A DNA stretch of 63,300 nt, the filler included, from Polymyxa betae A26-41 (lineage: Eukaryota; Protista; Endomyxa: Phytomyxea): the NCBI GenBank assembly GCA_003693705.1. It is 6 parts of 6 records of this genome, joined end to end, with 100 filler letters (N's around TTAATTAATTAA, not from the genome) between each part and the next. Parts side by side here need not be neighbours in the genome. Positions count along the whole stretch, not along the records: positions 1 to 15,418 come from RBZT01000755.1; positions 15,519 to 30,144 come from RBZT01000439.1; 4 more parts are not named here. The stretch is one strand, 5' to 3'. Positions 12,243 through 23,643 of the stretch are shown in pieces (within the stretch, counting starts at the first letter, position 1; each line of letters begins with the position of its first letter). Both the position numbers and the translations under genes were made by a program. The notes beneath the pieces are model-generated. The model was not told where the DNA came from. It searched no databases and saw only the letters and a list, made by a program, of their open reading frames with translations.

Positions 12243-15200
12243 TTCTATAAACCGAAGCGATTTACAGTACTGCTTGCCCGTACTTTCCTCTGCCGTGGTT
12301 ACGACCGAAAGTCTGACTTTGCCCGTTGCCGTTCAACATCAGAGTGATTCCGAGTTAATACCAGCAAAAGCCCTGATCGATTGCGGGGCAAATTCGATGT
12401 TCATTGATCGGAATTTTGCCGAAATGCATAATATCCCTACAACACCATCCCGGACATCTGTACCTGTCACAGCCATCGACGGCTCTGAAATTCACTCTGT
12501 GATAGAAGAAACTCGCTTGACCCTGCATTTCCAAGATATCCATGAAGATTGGACCTTCAGTGTGATCAAAAGTCCGACATTTCCAATTGTTATCGGGCTC
12601 CCTTGGTTACAGAAACACAGCCCGGACATTGATTGGGCGTCCCTATCGATTGCTACCAAGCCGCACATTGGCCTTTCGTGCTCTATCGATTCGACATACG
12701 ATAGGGTCTGTACGGATTCCGAGTATGAAGAATCAGAGGAGTCCGACCCGGAACCTACTGAGATGGACATCGCTTTTATACCAGAAGTCTGCGAGTCAGA
12801 AGATGTCAATTCGCCCCAGGATGATAACCCGAGCGACTATCACAAAGAGTTCCAGCTGTGCACAGCCGCCTTGCAACCCTAACATGCGAATTATCGCTAT
12901 TGGACGTTATCCCTCCCGAGTATCATGACTTTGCTGACGTTTTTGACAAAAAGGGAGCTGACGAATTGCCTCCTCATCGCCCGTATGATTGTCAGATCGA
13001 GCTCTATGCAGGTGAAACGCCACCGTTTGGCCCGACATATAGTTTATCAGAACCAGAACTGAAGGCATTGCGAGAATATTTGGAAGAGAACCTTGATAAG
13101 GGATTCATCCGCCATTCCCGGTCGCCAGCAGGTGCGCCAATCTTGTTTGTAAAGAAGAAGGACGATACACTACGTATGTGCGTTGACTACCGCGGCCTGA
13201 ATCGGATCACCAAACGTAACCGTTACCCGTTACCGCTTATTAACGACCTATTGGACGGGATAAGAGGCTGTCGTTTTTTTAGCAAGATTGATCTACGTTC
13301 TGCCTACAATCTGGTCCGTATACGGGAAGGCGACGAATGGAAAACAGCGTTCCGAACTCGGTATGGACACTTTGAATATTTGGTGATGCCCTTCGGGCTA
13401 GCCAACGCTCCGGCAACATTTCAACATTTTCTGAATGACGTTTTTCGACAGCATTTAGACCAATTTGTAATCGTGTACCTGGATGATATTTTGGTTTTTT
13501 CGAAGACTCAAGAAGAACACGTTCAACACGTTCGTCACGTTTTAGCCAAGTTACGGGAAAACAGACTTTTCGCGAAAGCGGAAAATGCGAATTCGGTGTA
13601 ACGGAAACCGAGTTCCTCGGGTTTGTGATCTCTCATGATGGGTGTATCCATGGAACCATGAAAAAGTGGAAAGTATCGTTTCTTGGAATCCTCCGTCCTG
13701 TGTTCGCGATTTGCAAGTATTTTTGGGATTCGCCAACTTTTACAGACGTTTTATACCTAAATTTTCCGAGATTGTACGCCCTCTGACTAAGCTCATGTCG
13801 AAGAGCTGCGAACTCCAATGGAAATCCGAGCAACAATCCGCCTTCGACACACTGAAGCGTTTCTTCACAGATGCGCCAGTTCTGCGTATCCCGGATGCTT
13901 CGTTGCAATTTATTGTTGAAGCCGATGCTTCTGACTTCGCAATTGGTGCAGTCCTGTCTCAGCGGATTCCCTCGGATAAAAATCGCTTGCATCCATGTTC
14001 ATACCATTCAAGGGCGTTGAGCCCAGCTGAGAGAAATTTTGATATTGGAGATAAGGAGTTACTGGCGGTTAAGGCTGCATTCGAGGAATGGCGACATCAT
14101 TTGGAAGGCGCGCAACACCCTGTTATCGTCTATACTGACCACAGGAACCTCGTCGAGCTCCAAAAGAAAAAGTCACTTTCCCAGCGCCAGGCTCGTTGGA
14201 GCCTCTTCTTTAGTAGATTCGACTTTCATTTTTGCCCACGTCCAGGGTCAAAAAATGGCAAGCCTGATGCGTTATCTCGGCGACCGGAATATTTGAACTA
14301 GTGCATCCAATCGCAAAGTCCGAGAACTCTATTGAACCCTCAGAACTTCCGCCTGTGTTTTTCGACTTTACAGACATTCGCTGGTATTGAAGGTTTACGA
14401 AAGGCGACAGCCGAAGATGAGTTCGCGAAATCGATCATTCAAATTGCTGGATCGAAACGGCGTTTGGGAGGATCGACAAGGACATCGATTCCGGGTGATG
14501 AGTAACGTTCTGCTACTAAACGAACTTATTTATGTCCCAGATGTGGACAATTTACGGCTGTACATTCTCCAACATCGCCATGACTCCCCGATAGCCGACC
14601 ACTTTGGGAGTACCCGAACTTATGATTTGATATCCAGAGACTTTTGGTGGCCCGGACTTCGCCGCAACGTTGCCGATTTCGTCCGCTCTTGTGAAGTATG
14701 TCGACGCTCTAAGACCTCCAAGAAGAAGCCCTGGGGTCTTCTACAGCCCCTTCCGGTTCCTGACCGCAACTGGAGCTCCATCTCGCTGGATTTCGTCACA
14801 GACTTACCAAAGTCCGAGGGCAATACTACAATCCTGGTTGTGGTCTGTCGTAAATCGAAACAGGCAATATTTAACCCTTGTCCCAAGATCCTGAACGCAG
14901 AACAGACCGTCGACGCTTTCATGAAGAACGTGTTCCGTTTTCACGGCCTTCCATCTGATATTGTATCGGACCGAGGCCCGCAATTTTTTTCCAGATTTTG
15001 GTCAAGGATTTTCGAACTTTTCAAACCCAGGTTGAACCTCTCTTCAGGTTATCACCCAGAGACAGACGGGCAAACAGAGAGGATTAACCAGATCCTGGAG
15101 CAATATTTACGCTGTTTCGTGAATTATCAGCAAGACGACTGGGCAGCTCACCTGCCTTTAGCGGAATTCTGATATAACAATTCGCTACATTCGGGAATCG

Positions 15201-15418
15201 GGGTATCACCTTTCTTCGCCAATTATGGCTTCAATCCACGCGCTGACTTACTAGCCCCTTCCAAAATCGAGGTCCCACGTGCCGAAACTTATGTCGAAGA
15301 CTTCGAGAGGTTGAACCGCTTCCTATCGGAAACTTTGCAAGAATCACAAAATCGTTACAAATTGTATGCCGACAAACTCCGTGCCGAAAGTCCGAAATTT
15401 TCTGCTGGTGATCTGGTG
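12243..15418 (+). mobile_element. pol: Ty3/gypsy (Tf2/sushi-like) pol: protease-RT-RNaseH-integrase, frameshifted, cut by contig end
   Basis: Protease [37 protein letters not shown]. RNase [21 protein letters not shown]. Integrase H..HFG..C..C, SLDFV, SDRGPQF, HPETDGQTER. Several frameshifts and stops. Confidence 0.95.
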
Positions 15419-15518
15419 NNNNNNNNNNNNNNNNNNNNNNNNNNNNNNNNNNNNNNNNNNNNTTAATTAATTAANNNNNNNNNNNNNNNNNNNNNNNNNN
15501 NNNNNNNNNNNNNNNNNN
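15419..15518. other. Artificial contig spacer
   Basis: 44N + TTAATTAATTAA (stops in all six frames) + 44N. Confidence 0.98.
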
Positions 15519-15900
15519 ATCTTGGGATTCAGCGGCTGCTGGCTGTTGTTCGGTTTGTCCGGCCTCACTGTCAGAACAGCTTCCGCCCTCGGATTGGTTA
15601 TCCGTATCCATTTCATCCAAAGTCCCAATAACTATTTCTGATTGCTCTTCTTCTCCATTGATACGCCGTTCCGTGGGATCAATAATACGGCTGACGACAG
15701 CGGTGTCATTCGTGGCTGGCTTGGCCAAACACTCACGTAAATTCTTCTTTCGAACAGAGCTGCGAACAATACTTAACTTCTTAACCTTTCCTGGGCACAA
15801 ACGGTTTCGTCGAGCAGAATGAATCATTGCAAGCTCGCTGAAAAGCCGTTCGCAGGTTGCAGTATTGGGAAAATACTGAAGAAATATCAAAGCAAATTGA
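15519..15900 (-). mobile_element. hAT transposase C-terminal dimerisation fragment
   Basis: PNTATCERLFSELAMIHSARRNRL matches the hAT dimerisation motif (CERxFS...RNRL). Confidence 0.8.
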
Positions 15901-15904
15901 TGCT

Positions 15905-16530
15905 ACTGTATTACTCCAGTATCATATATTCCTGCTGTATTAGGAATACTTGTTGTATGGAAACCAGAGTTAATCTATTACTCTTCAATGCTTGAACAGT
16001 TTAGAGCCAAAATCGCTGAACAGCCAAAAAAACAATTCAACCAAGACATTACTGGTATAGATGAGAAGATTAACAAAATACCAGACTCTACAGACTGTTA
16101 TTCAAATATTTAATACTAAAGACGGAGTAAGGCGAATGGGAGACTACCACTCATTGAAAATAAATCATTACAATAGAAAGACAGACAACTACATCACTAC
16201 ATCAGGACGATTAATATTCCTTCAACAGTCAAAACCGGCAGTGTTATAAATATCCAACTTCCAGAGGATATAGTGAAGCTATGTAAGACTGTTATAAGAC
16301 CTTCAAAGAAGGAGCGGGACATATTGTTTAGTGATAATAGAAACGTATATAATAAACGGACAAGTAAAATAATGGGCGAACTTGGGATTGTTGGAGGTGC
16401 ATCGCAATTCCGAAAGATTCAATATCAAAATCCTCACAATAAAGAAGATATGGAAGCACATAAACGTATTCAAGAGGTTGCTAGCAACTCAGGACATTCG
16501 CTTGAAGCCGTCCTCCAACATTACAGTTAA
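15905..16530 (+). pseudogene. Tyrosine recombinase of virophage/Polinton-like-virus type, frameshifted
   Basis: Joining frames gives VRRMGDY (R), TVKTG (K), SQFRK (HxxR box), ASNSGHS (H) and LQHY (Y), in catalytic order. Intronless and AT-rich. Confidence 0.7.
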
Positions 16531-16574
16531 ATTTAAATATATTTTCAATAATTTTCAAAATATATTTATATATT

Positions 16575-16745
16575 TTACGTTGTCCAAATTACGTTTTCTA
16601 CACTTTTTTTCTCTTCATCGCCTGGTTCATCGTCAAAATCATCAGGGTCGTCGAAAATAGACAAGGCTTCTTGTAGTTCTTCAAGGTATTCTTCTTCTGT
16701 AAAATATTCATTGTCGTCAAACATACAACTCTGGTATGGGTTCAT
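16575..16745 (-). CDS. Small acidic ORFan (56 aa) inside the viral-like segment
   Basis: MNPYQSCMFDDNEYFTEEEYLEELQEALSIFDDPDDFDDEPGDEEKKSVENVIWTT*, with AATAAATG start context. Below the ORF-track length cutoff. Confidence 0.5.
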   Translation of the reverse strand: MNPYQSCMFDDNEYFTEEEYLEELQEALSIFDDPDDFDDEPGDEEKKSVENVIWTT

Positions 16746-16854
16746 TTATTATATTATTGCGGTTCCCTTTTAAACCAAAAAAAATTCAGCGTTTTCTGCG
16801 TTTTGACGCGAATTTATATAGTTTAAAAGGATAAATTATCAATAGTAACCAGAA

Positions 16855-17097
16855 ATGGAAACAGCTAAAGATATTAGGGATTCAGTATTATATAAAACAA
16901 TAGGCGCAAAATTTGATGTGGAATTAAATTATGTTAATGGCAAGAAGATTATCAAACCAATGCCTAAGTGGAAACAGATAACAACAGATGTCACCAGCAA
17001 TAGAGATAACATAGCTATACGAACTGGTAAAATAAATAATATAATTTGTATTGACTTGGATAAACCAAAAAATGACGAATTAGACGGTAGAACGTAA
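16855..17097 (+). pseudogene. Bifunctional primase-polymerase (Prim-Pol) N-terminal fragment
   Basis: PMPKWK...NIAIRTGKINNIICIDLD matches the Prim-Pol N(I)xxxTG....(V)xDxD motif. Truncated. Confidence 0.75.
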
Positions 17098-17772
17098 AGT
17101 TTTTGCGTTTGAATTGAAAAAAGTTGAACATCTGACGAACGAATAAATATAACTACAAGAAACTCGCCTAAAAATATAGATAAACAAAGGAAGGATAATA
17201 AACAGAACACAATCAATAGAAGATTACAAAAAGAGAAATTATAATTGATGAATTTTCAAATGTCGTTTTATATGTCCCTTCGTTGAAATACTTCCACAAA
17301 TATAACAAGAAACTGGAGAACATTATTTACAAGTAGTCCGCCGTCTATTATGCTCGCAAATACCACTTCCTCCGCAATCTCTACATAAAGCCCTGCGTTT
17401 AACACTCTTTACAATATCTCAATCTTCTATTATGTTTACAAGTTTTATAGTCTATAGCCATACTGGCATACCAAACGTGGCCAAAGTGTCTGAATAAGTG
17501 CGAGATGATGTTGCTATTTTGACTTTATCTCTTCTACGAAAAGGACAACGTTTGATTCCTGATACTTGTATAGATTTGATGCTGACCCGTCTTATCAGTT
17601 TTATTAATGAAATCCATACCGGTAAAAAAACCAAAACAGGTTGAAGCTGCGTGTGCTATTTAAAAAGCATACATTACCCTCTGATGTAATGTTACCCATA
17701 TATTTCGCTTCAAGCTGAGTGACACTGACATGCATATATCAGTGAGCTGGTTCTGATCGTGAAGTCATTGTT

Positions 17773-19026
17773 ATGGTCATAGCTGACCATGATAGCCATG
17801 ACGAATTGGGCCGGGGCTATTCTTCAGCTTTCGAGAAGCAGCAGCATCAGATCGATTCCTTAAGGATTCTCTTGTCAAGACAGGCACATATCGAACAGCA
17901 TCTGAATAAGACCAAGGATGCCCTAATCCAGCGGATGGATTCGGCCTTGAAACTTCTCAACGTCATCAAACCAAACATAGTCAAGCATCTCTCTGACCAG
18001 CAGCTCAGCGATTGGAATCGCATCGAAAACTTATTGGATGACACCCAATCTAGACCTATGGTTGCAACAAAGAATAGAAGGTCGACCACAGAATTGAAAC
18101 GACAATCACTGTCTTCTCTCTCCGAATCCGAAATGTCTGATTGTAATGATTTACGGTCGTCTTCTTCGCTGCGAAGCGATCACGAACGACAGCAAAGCGA
18201 AAAGCGTCGGGAAAGTTTAAAGGCTTGTGATGGCGACCAAGATAGTTCAGTCACTGATCTCAACTCACGAATTAATGACGTTGTCAAAGAGGAGCAGAAC
18301 ATCAGACGTTCGGATTCGATGTTGCACAGAAACGAGAAGCTCGCCGGAATCAGAGTTAGAGATAGCCAAGATAGCTCAATCACTGATCTCAACTCACGAA
18401 TTAACGACGTTGTCAAAGAGGAGCAGAACATCAGACGTTCGGATTCGATGTTGCACAGAAACGAGAAGCTCGCTGAAATCAGAGATAGAGATAGAGGAAT
18501 AAGTGTTCAAGATAAGATAACAGTTCATTCATTGCAAAGAGCAAGATCAGCTAGTACCATTATACCTGCAATCGACCATTACGATAATTTTGCAGCATCG
18601 ACAGTTCGTTCCGAATCGGAATCAAGCCCAGACCGATCTGGCTCGGAGCGAGATTTTGGTCGGGAACGAAATCGTTCGCAGCGCCGGTCACTTCACAAAA
18701 ACAGTTCCAAACTTTCGATTAACATTTCAGAAGTCTCGCCGCGAACCTCCACCAAGTCAAGCTTCGGTGACGACATGCAAACTATTACAAAGAATCATGA
18801 TATGATCGTAACCAAGCCGATCAAAAGCACGAGCTTGAAAGCAGTTCATTCTAACGAGCAGAATGTTCATGGGGGTTGGCATAGCAGTTTATCAGCCGCT
18901 CAACAAGAATCTCGGACCAGGCAGCGTTCGAAAAGCATCTTTGATAGGCACGTTCAAGAAATCATCGATGGCCGTACTCAGCCGAAGGACCGCCATCGAG
19001 CTCGGCATTTATCGATTGCTAATTAG
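17773..19026 (+). CDS. Hypothetical coiled-coil/Ser-Arg-rich protein with an internal 43-aa duplication
   Basis: 417-aa open frame with a predicted N-terminal coiled coil and a low-complexity tail. Confidence 0.6.
   Translation: MVIADHDSHDELGRGYSSAFEKQQHQIDSLRILLSRQAHIEQHLNKTKDALIQRMDSALKLLNVIKPNIVKHLSDQQLSDWNRIENLLDDTQSRPMVATKNRRSTTELKRQSLSSLSESEMSDCNDLRSSSSLRSDHERQQSEKRRESLKACDGDQDSSVTDLNSRINDVVKEEQNIRRSDSMLHRNEKLAGIRVRDSQDSSITDLNSRINDVVKEEQNIRRSDSMLHRNEKLAEIRDRDRGISVQDKITVHSLQRARSASTIIPAIDHYDNFAASTVRSESESSPDRSGSERDFGRERNRSQRRSLHKNSSKLSINISEVSPRTSTKSSFGDDMQTITKNHDMIVTKPIKSTSLKAVHSNEQNVHGGWHSSLSAAQQESRTRQRSKSIFDRHVQEIIDGRTQPKDRHRARHLSIAN
18237..18494 (+). repeat. Near-identical 129-bp tandem duplication (in frame)
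   Basis: QDSS(V/I)TDLNSRINDVVKEEQNIRRSDSMLHRNEKLA occurs twice. Confidence 0.95.
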
Positions 19027-19153
19027 GCATTCAAATGAACTATACCTTAATTATCCATTTCAATTATCTAAATAACGATTGAGTTTAACTCTCTTCTCTA
19101 TCTGACAGACGCACTGTCACTTTGGGGCTTGAGGAACCTGCTGCCATCGTTAG

Positions 19154-19169
19154 TAGGGTTTAGGGTTTT
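19154..19169. promoter_or_regulatory. Telo-box-like dimer upstream of EFL1
   Basis: TAGGGTTTAGGGTTTT ~80 bp upstream of the ATG. Telo-boxes are known in promoters of plant translation and ribosome-biogenesis genes. Confidence 0.45.
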
Positions 19170-19247
19170 GTGTGAGGGAAAAGCAAAGGAGCGACAGCGC
19201 AGTTTTGAAGCCTTTCTGAATTTGTCGTGATTTCAGCGGGTCGTGTC

Positions 19248-22200
19248 ATGTCAGTTCAGGATACAATCGACCAGCTACAGCGCAGGCCAGACGCTATTAG
19301 GAATGTCTGTATCCTGGCCCATGTAGACCATGGAAAGGTTGCATTATCGAACTTGGGTCGTCAGGGTGCTGAATCTCCGATACAGACGTCGCTCAGCGAC
19401 CATTTAATCAGCGCGAATGGAATTATCTCGAGCCGTGTCGCTGGCCAAGTTCGATATCTTGACAGCCGCGAAGACGAACAAGAGCGTTGCATTACGATGA
19501 AGTCATCATCCATCTCCTTGTCGTTCCGCGACCATCTTATCAATCTGATTGATTCTCCTGGTCATGTTGATTTCAGCAGTGAGGTGTCTACAGCTGCCAG
19601 ACTCTGTGATGGAGCTCTCGTGCTTGTTGACATTGTCGAGGGGATCCAAATTCAGACACAAAGCGTCTTACGTCAGGTCGGCATCCTTTATTCATCTTTT
19701 ATCAAATCATCACAACTTTTCAGCTTTTGTTTCTTAGCTCTATTAAGATTGCGAATTTCGTATCTTTCTGACCTTTTCCTAATCCTGACTTTACTGTTTC
19801 TGTTAACCATTTCAGCCTTGCTAAATTTCTTCCTGTAGGCATGGGACGAGGGCGTCACTCCCGTTCTAATCTTAAATAAAATGGACCGTCTAATCTTGGA
19901 GCTAAAACTGTCGCCGGCCGAAGCATACCATCGCTGCCGCCAGGTCATCGAGCAGGCCAACGCCCTCGTATCGACATTGCACACGGCCGATCTGATGGCT
20001 AAATCTTCCGGCACCGACCATCTCGATGACGACTATGATGATGAGATTGTGTTCGGCCCTGAACGCGGCAACGTCGTATTCGCCAGTGCCATGGACGGCT
20101 GGGCTTTCTCTATCAGCGGTGCCGCTCGATTCTACGCCCGCGCGTTGGGCATGAAAGCGGCCGCTTTGGAGAAGGTTCTCTGGGGCGATTTTTATTATTC
20201 ACCCAAAACCAAGACGGTGTCGAAGAAACCATCGGGCTCCGTCACCAATCCGATGTTCGTCCAGTTCGTTTTGAGCAACATCTGGCAGGCTTACGAATGC
20301 CTGACAACGACACCGGTAGACCATGCCAAGGTGAGGGTTACTGGGGACTAGGGTTTAGGGTTTATCGTCTTTGTAGGTCGAGAAGCTCATCAAGACGTTG
20401 GACGTCAACGTGCAGCGTCGCGATCTTCAGTCACGGGACGACCGCGTCCGCCTGCAGTCCGTAATGCGAGCCTGGTACCCATTGGCACCGGCCGTACTGG
20501 ATCTGTGCCTTGCGCATCTGCCGAGTCCGGTTCAGGCTACTCGCCGATTAAAACGCATCTGGCCGGGCGGGTTGGAATCGGCGAACGAAGTGGTACGGTC
20601 GGCGGCAGAGACGTGCCGCGCTGATGTGGACGACCCGGTTGTCGTGGCCATCACAAAGATGGTTGCTGTCACTCGAGATCAGCTCGATCATCGTCTGCGC
20701 AAACCCCTTTTCGAACGACGCCCGTATCGTCGCCTGGAAGAACGCCAAGCGGAAGCACCCGAGTCCGTTGTTGAACTCACGCCAAACGACGTGGATGATG
20801 AGGTCGACGATGGCAGGCAACGATTCGTCGGACTGGCCCGTGTGTTCGCCGGCCGACTCCGATCCGACCTGGGCGTTTACCTTTATCTGCCTCGATATCG
20901 AAACGACAACGACGTGGACGTGGATGAGAACGCCCATGTCGTGTATCTGGAGCCGGGCTCCATTCGTCTCTACACATTCATGGGGGTAGATCTGGAGCCC
21001 ATCACCGAGGCATATGCTGGGCATGTTGTCGCCATCGCCGGTATCGATGATCACGTTCTATCAGCAGCGACGCTCTCCACGGAGCTGCAAATCGCCCCCT
21101 TCAAGCTGCTCCGATTCGCATCTTCGCCGATTGTTCGGGTCGCCATCGAGCCGGCTCGGACCAGTGATCTGTCAGCACTTTCGGATGGCCTGCGCTTGCT
21201 GGCCCATGCCGATCCGAATATCGAGATCGTCCATCATCAATCGGGCCAGATTCATTTGGTGACATCTGGCGAGCTGCATCTGGAGCGTTGCATTCGTGAT
21301 TTGAATGATCGGTTCGCGCCAGGAATTGCCCTGCGGGTGTCACCTCCCGTTATTCCGTTCAGGGAGACGGTCGCTCAGGAGGCGTCTATTGTTGGTCAGG
21401 CGCGCGATCTCGCCATCTCGTTCACTGTCAAGGTCAGACCTTTGAACTGGGAGTTAGCCCAGTCGCTAGATTCTGCCGAGGTCGTGCGAAAGCTCAGACA
21501 AGCTGGCGGATTCGAGGAGGTGAAAGCCAAAGTGAACGATGGGCTGCAGGAGAAGGTGGTGGCGCTCGGGACAGTACGGGCGATCGCCAACGTGTTGGCT
21601 GTGGGATACGCGCCAGAAGCGTCAACGGAGGCTGTAAACCGGGCCATAATCGGCGGATTTCTGACAGCGGTCTCAGCCGGGACGTTGTGCGAAGAACCGA
21701 TGATGGGCGTCCTGGTGGTGATCGAGCAGTTGGCTCTGGATGAGATTGATGATGTAGATGAAGGCGAGCTGGACCGGCAGGTGCGAGCGGCAGTAAAGAC
21801 GGCGATTCGGTCGGCGTTCGAGGAAGCGTCGCCAAGGCTAGTCGAGCCCATGTACAAGGTCCAGCTGCAATGTACATCGAGCCAGCTTGGCAACCTATGT
21901 AATGTTCTCGCAAGGCGGCGGGGGCGAACGACCCGCGATGATACGATCGAAGGAACCGATATCTTCGTCGTAGATGCATACGTGCCTGTTGAGGCCAGTA
22001 TGGGATTGTCACATGATTTGAGATCAAAGACAAGTGGGTCGGCAGCGCCACAGCTGCTGCTCAGCCATTGGGAGGTGATCACTCAAGATCCGAACTGGAT
22101 CCCGACCACTGCAGATGAACTGGAAGAGTTCGGCAGCAATGCCACCAAGATTGTGAATTTCTCACGAGAGCTGGTGGACAAAGTCAGGAGAAGAAAAGGC

Positions 22201-22263
22201 TTGCCCGTGAAACAGCATCTGGTCGAATTCGCTGAAAAGCAAAATACGGCGAGACATAGTTAA
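19248..22263 (+). CDS. EFL1: Elongation factor-like GTPase 1 (ribosome assembly factor Ria1/EFL1), 4 exons
   Basis: [13 protein letters not shown]|[65 protein letters not shown] and VRRRKGL..EKQNT. Introns 19338-19385, ~19677-19838 and ~20331-20376. Confidence 0.93.
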
Positions 22264-22535
22264 CGACCCAAAATATACAAAGCTAATATTGGTAGCTGCA
22301 ATTTTCTTTTAACTGACAGTATGGAGAATTGGTCGCACAATTGCTGGGAACCTGTTTCATCTCCATAACTAGCAATTTTTAGTTAATCTGTTATCGTTAT
22401 TGAAGCTGTTAGAAAACGTTCTTCGATATATAACTGTTCCTTATAAAGAGGCAAACATTTGTTAAATAAACAATTTCCCTTTCCGCACTTTAGTTATTAC
22501 AGGCTGGTGGAGAGATGGTTCGTTGGAATAATTTA

Positions 22536-22849
22536 TCATCTGGCAAGAAGCTGGCGGCCTACAATTGAATTAGCATTTTCCTTCGAAATGAAATGAGAGA
22601 TTGAACACGTACAGATCCGCTGGCGCTTCTTGTACAGAATACGATATCCACATTCTCGGCAACGAATCGCGTCTCTTGGTCGAATCACATTATCAGCTCT
22701 ATTCAGAGTCAGAACGCCACAAATCCACACATCGGGCGATCAATTCACCCGCAATCTCCACATAAGAATTCGGACGCCGAAATGTTCTGGACTGGAGGCA
22801 ACCCAGCCGAGATCACGAACTCTTCGGCATCATCCATCTCCATCTCCAT
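22536..22849 (-). CDS. RPB12: RNA polymerase I/II/III shared subunit RPABC4, 3 exons
   Basis: FLCGDCG|[25 protein letters not shown]...LLAR: C4 zinc ribbon characteristic of Rpb12. Confidence 0.93.
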
Positions 22850-22937
22850 CTTTCCACAAAAATGCAGATTCTGGCGATTGTCCGTCACGCAAGTCCGAAA
22901 AAAAGAAAATCTTTTTCAAAAAAACTCCTTCGAGATC

Positions 22938-23610
22938 ATGACTGAATCTGATATGGACCTATCGCCATCATCAAAGTTCCCCAGCTTTGAATCGCCATTA
23001 GAGCGATATTATCAGCGGTTATATTGCTCGAAACTCCGTCTTTATGTCCAGTAAGTTGAATGAGTGATGGGATACTCTCTGAGCTGAACTCAATATCAAT
23101 TCTAGTCGCCATTCAAATGGCATTCTTGTCTTGGGCCTGGCACCCGGTCATCCATGCAGAGCTGACGAATTAAAGAGGCCCGTCTTTATACAATTTGATG
23201 ATCAGCTAACGTCGACGGCCGTCTCTGGAAAGGTTTCGAATCAGTCCATGCTTTGTTGAAGCCTTCGCTGATGATACTACAGAGGAAACATGGAAGTCAA
23301 TTGGCGGTAGCAGGCAAGACCAGAATATGTTTTGTCACATGTAAAGATGGGTCCATCGAGGAGATTCTGGCTCCTATAAAAGGCAGTGTTATTGAAATCA
23401 ACCGACGCCTGGAGCAATCACCTCATCTGCTCAGCGAACTGGTACAGCTATTGTCGTGTTTTTGGTAAAAATCTCACAGATTTACAGCCTGATTCCGATG
23501 GCTGGTTGGCGATATTGATGCCAAAAAAAGGCGGCTCACTGCAGCTTCAGAACGAAACTGAATACGGTACTGCTTTCGGGATAGAGAACATCGAATCGGT
23601 GCTAAAATAA
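22938..23610 (+). CDS. ABITRAM: FAM206A/ABITRAM (Simiate)-like protein, GCV-H-like fold, multi-exon
   Basis: LERYY, RHSNGILVLGLAPGHP, VSGK|RKHG, IKGSVIEINRRL and DGWLAILMP motifs. Confidence 0.8.
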
Positions 23611-23643
23611 AGAAAAATATTTTATGTATCCTGTAGGTTGATA

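Noticed and set aside
20548-22082. Long antisense ORFs over EFL1 (also over the kinase, PX gene and LINE)
   Set aside because: Shadow frames of GC-rich coding sequence with no motifs.
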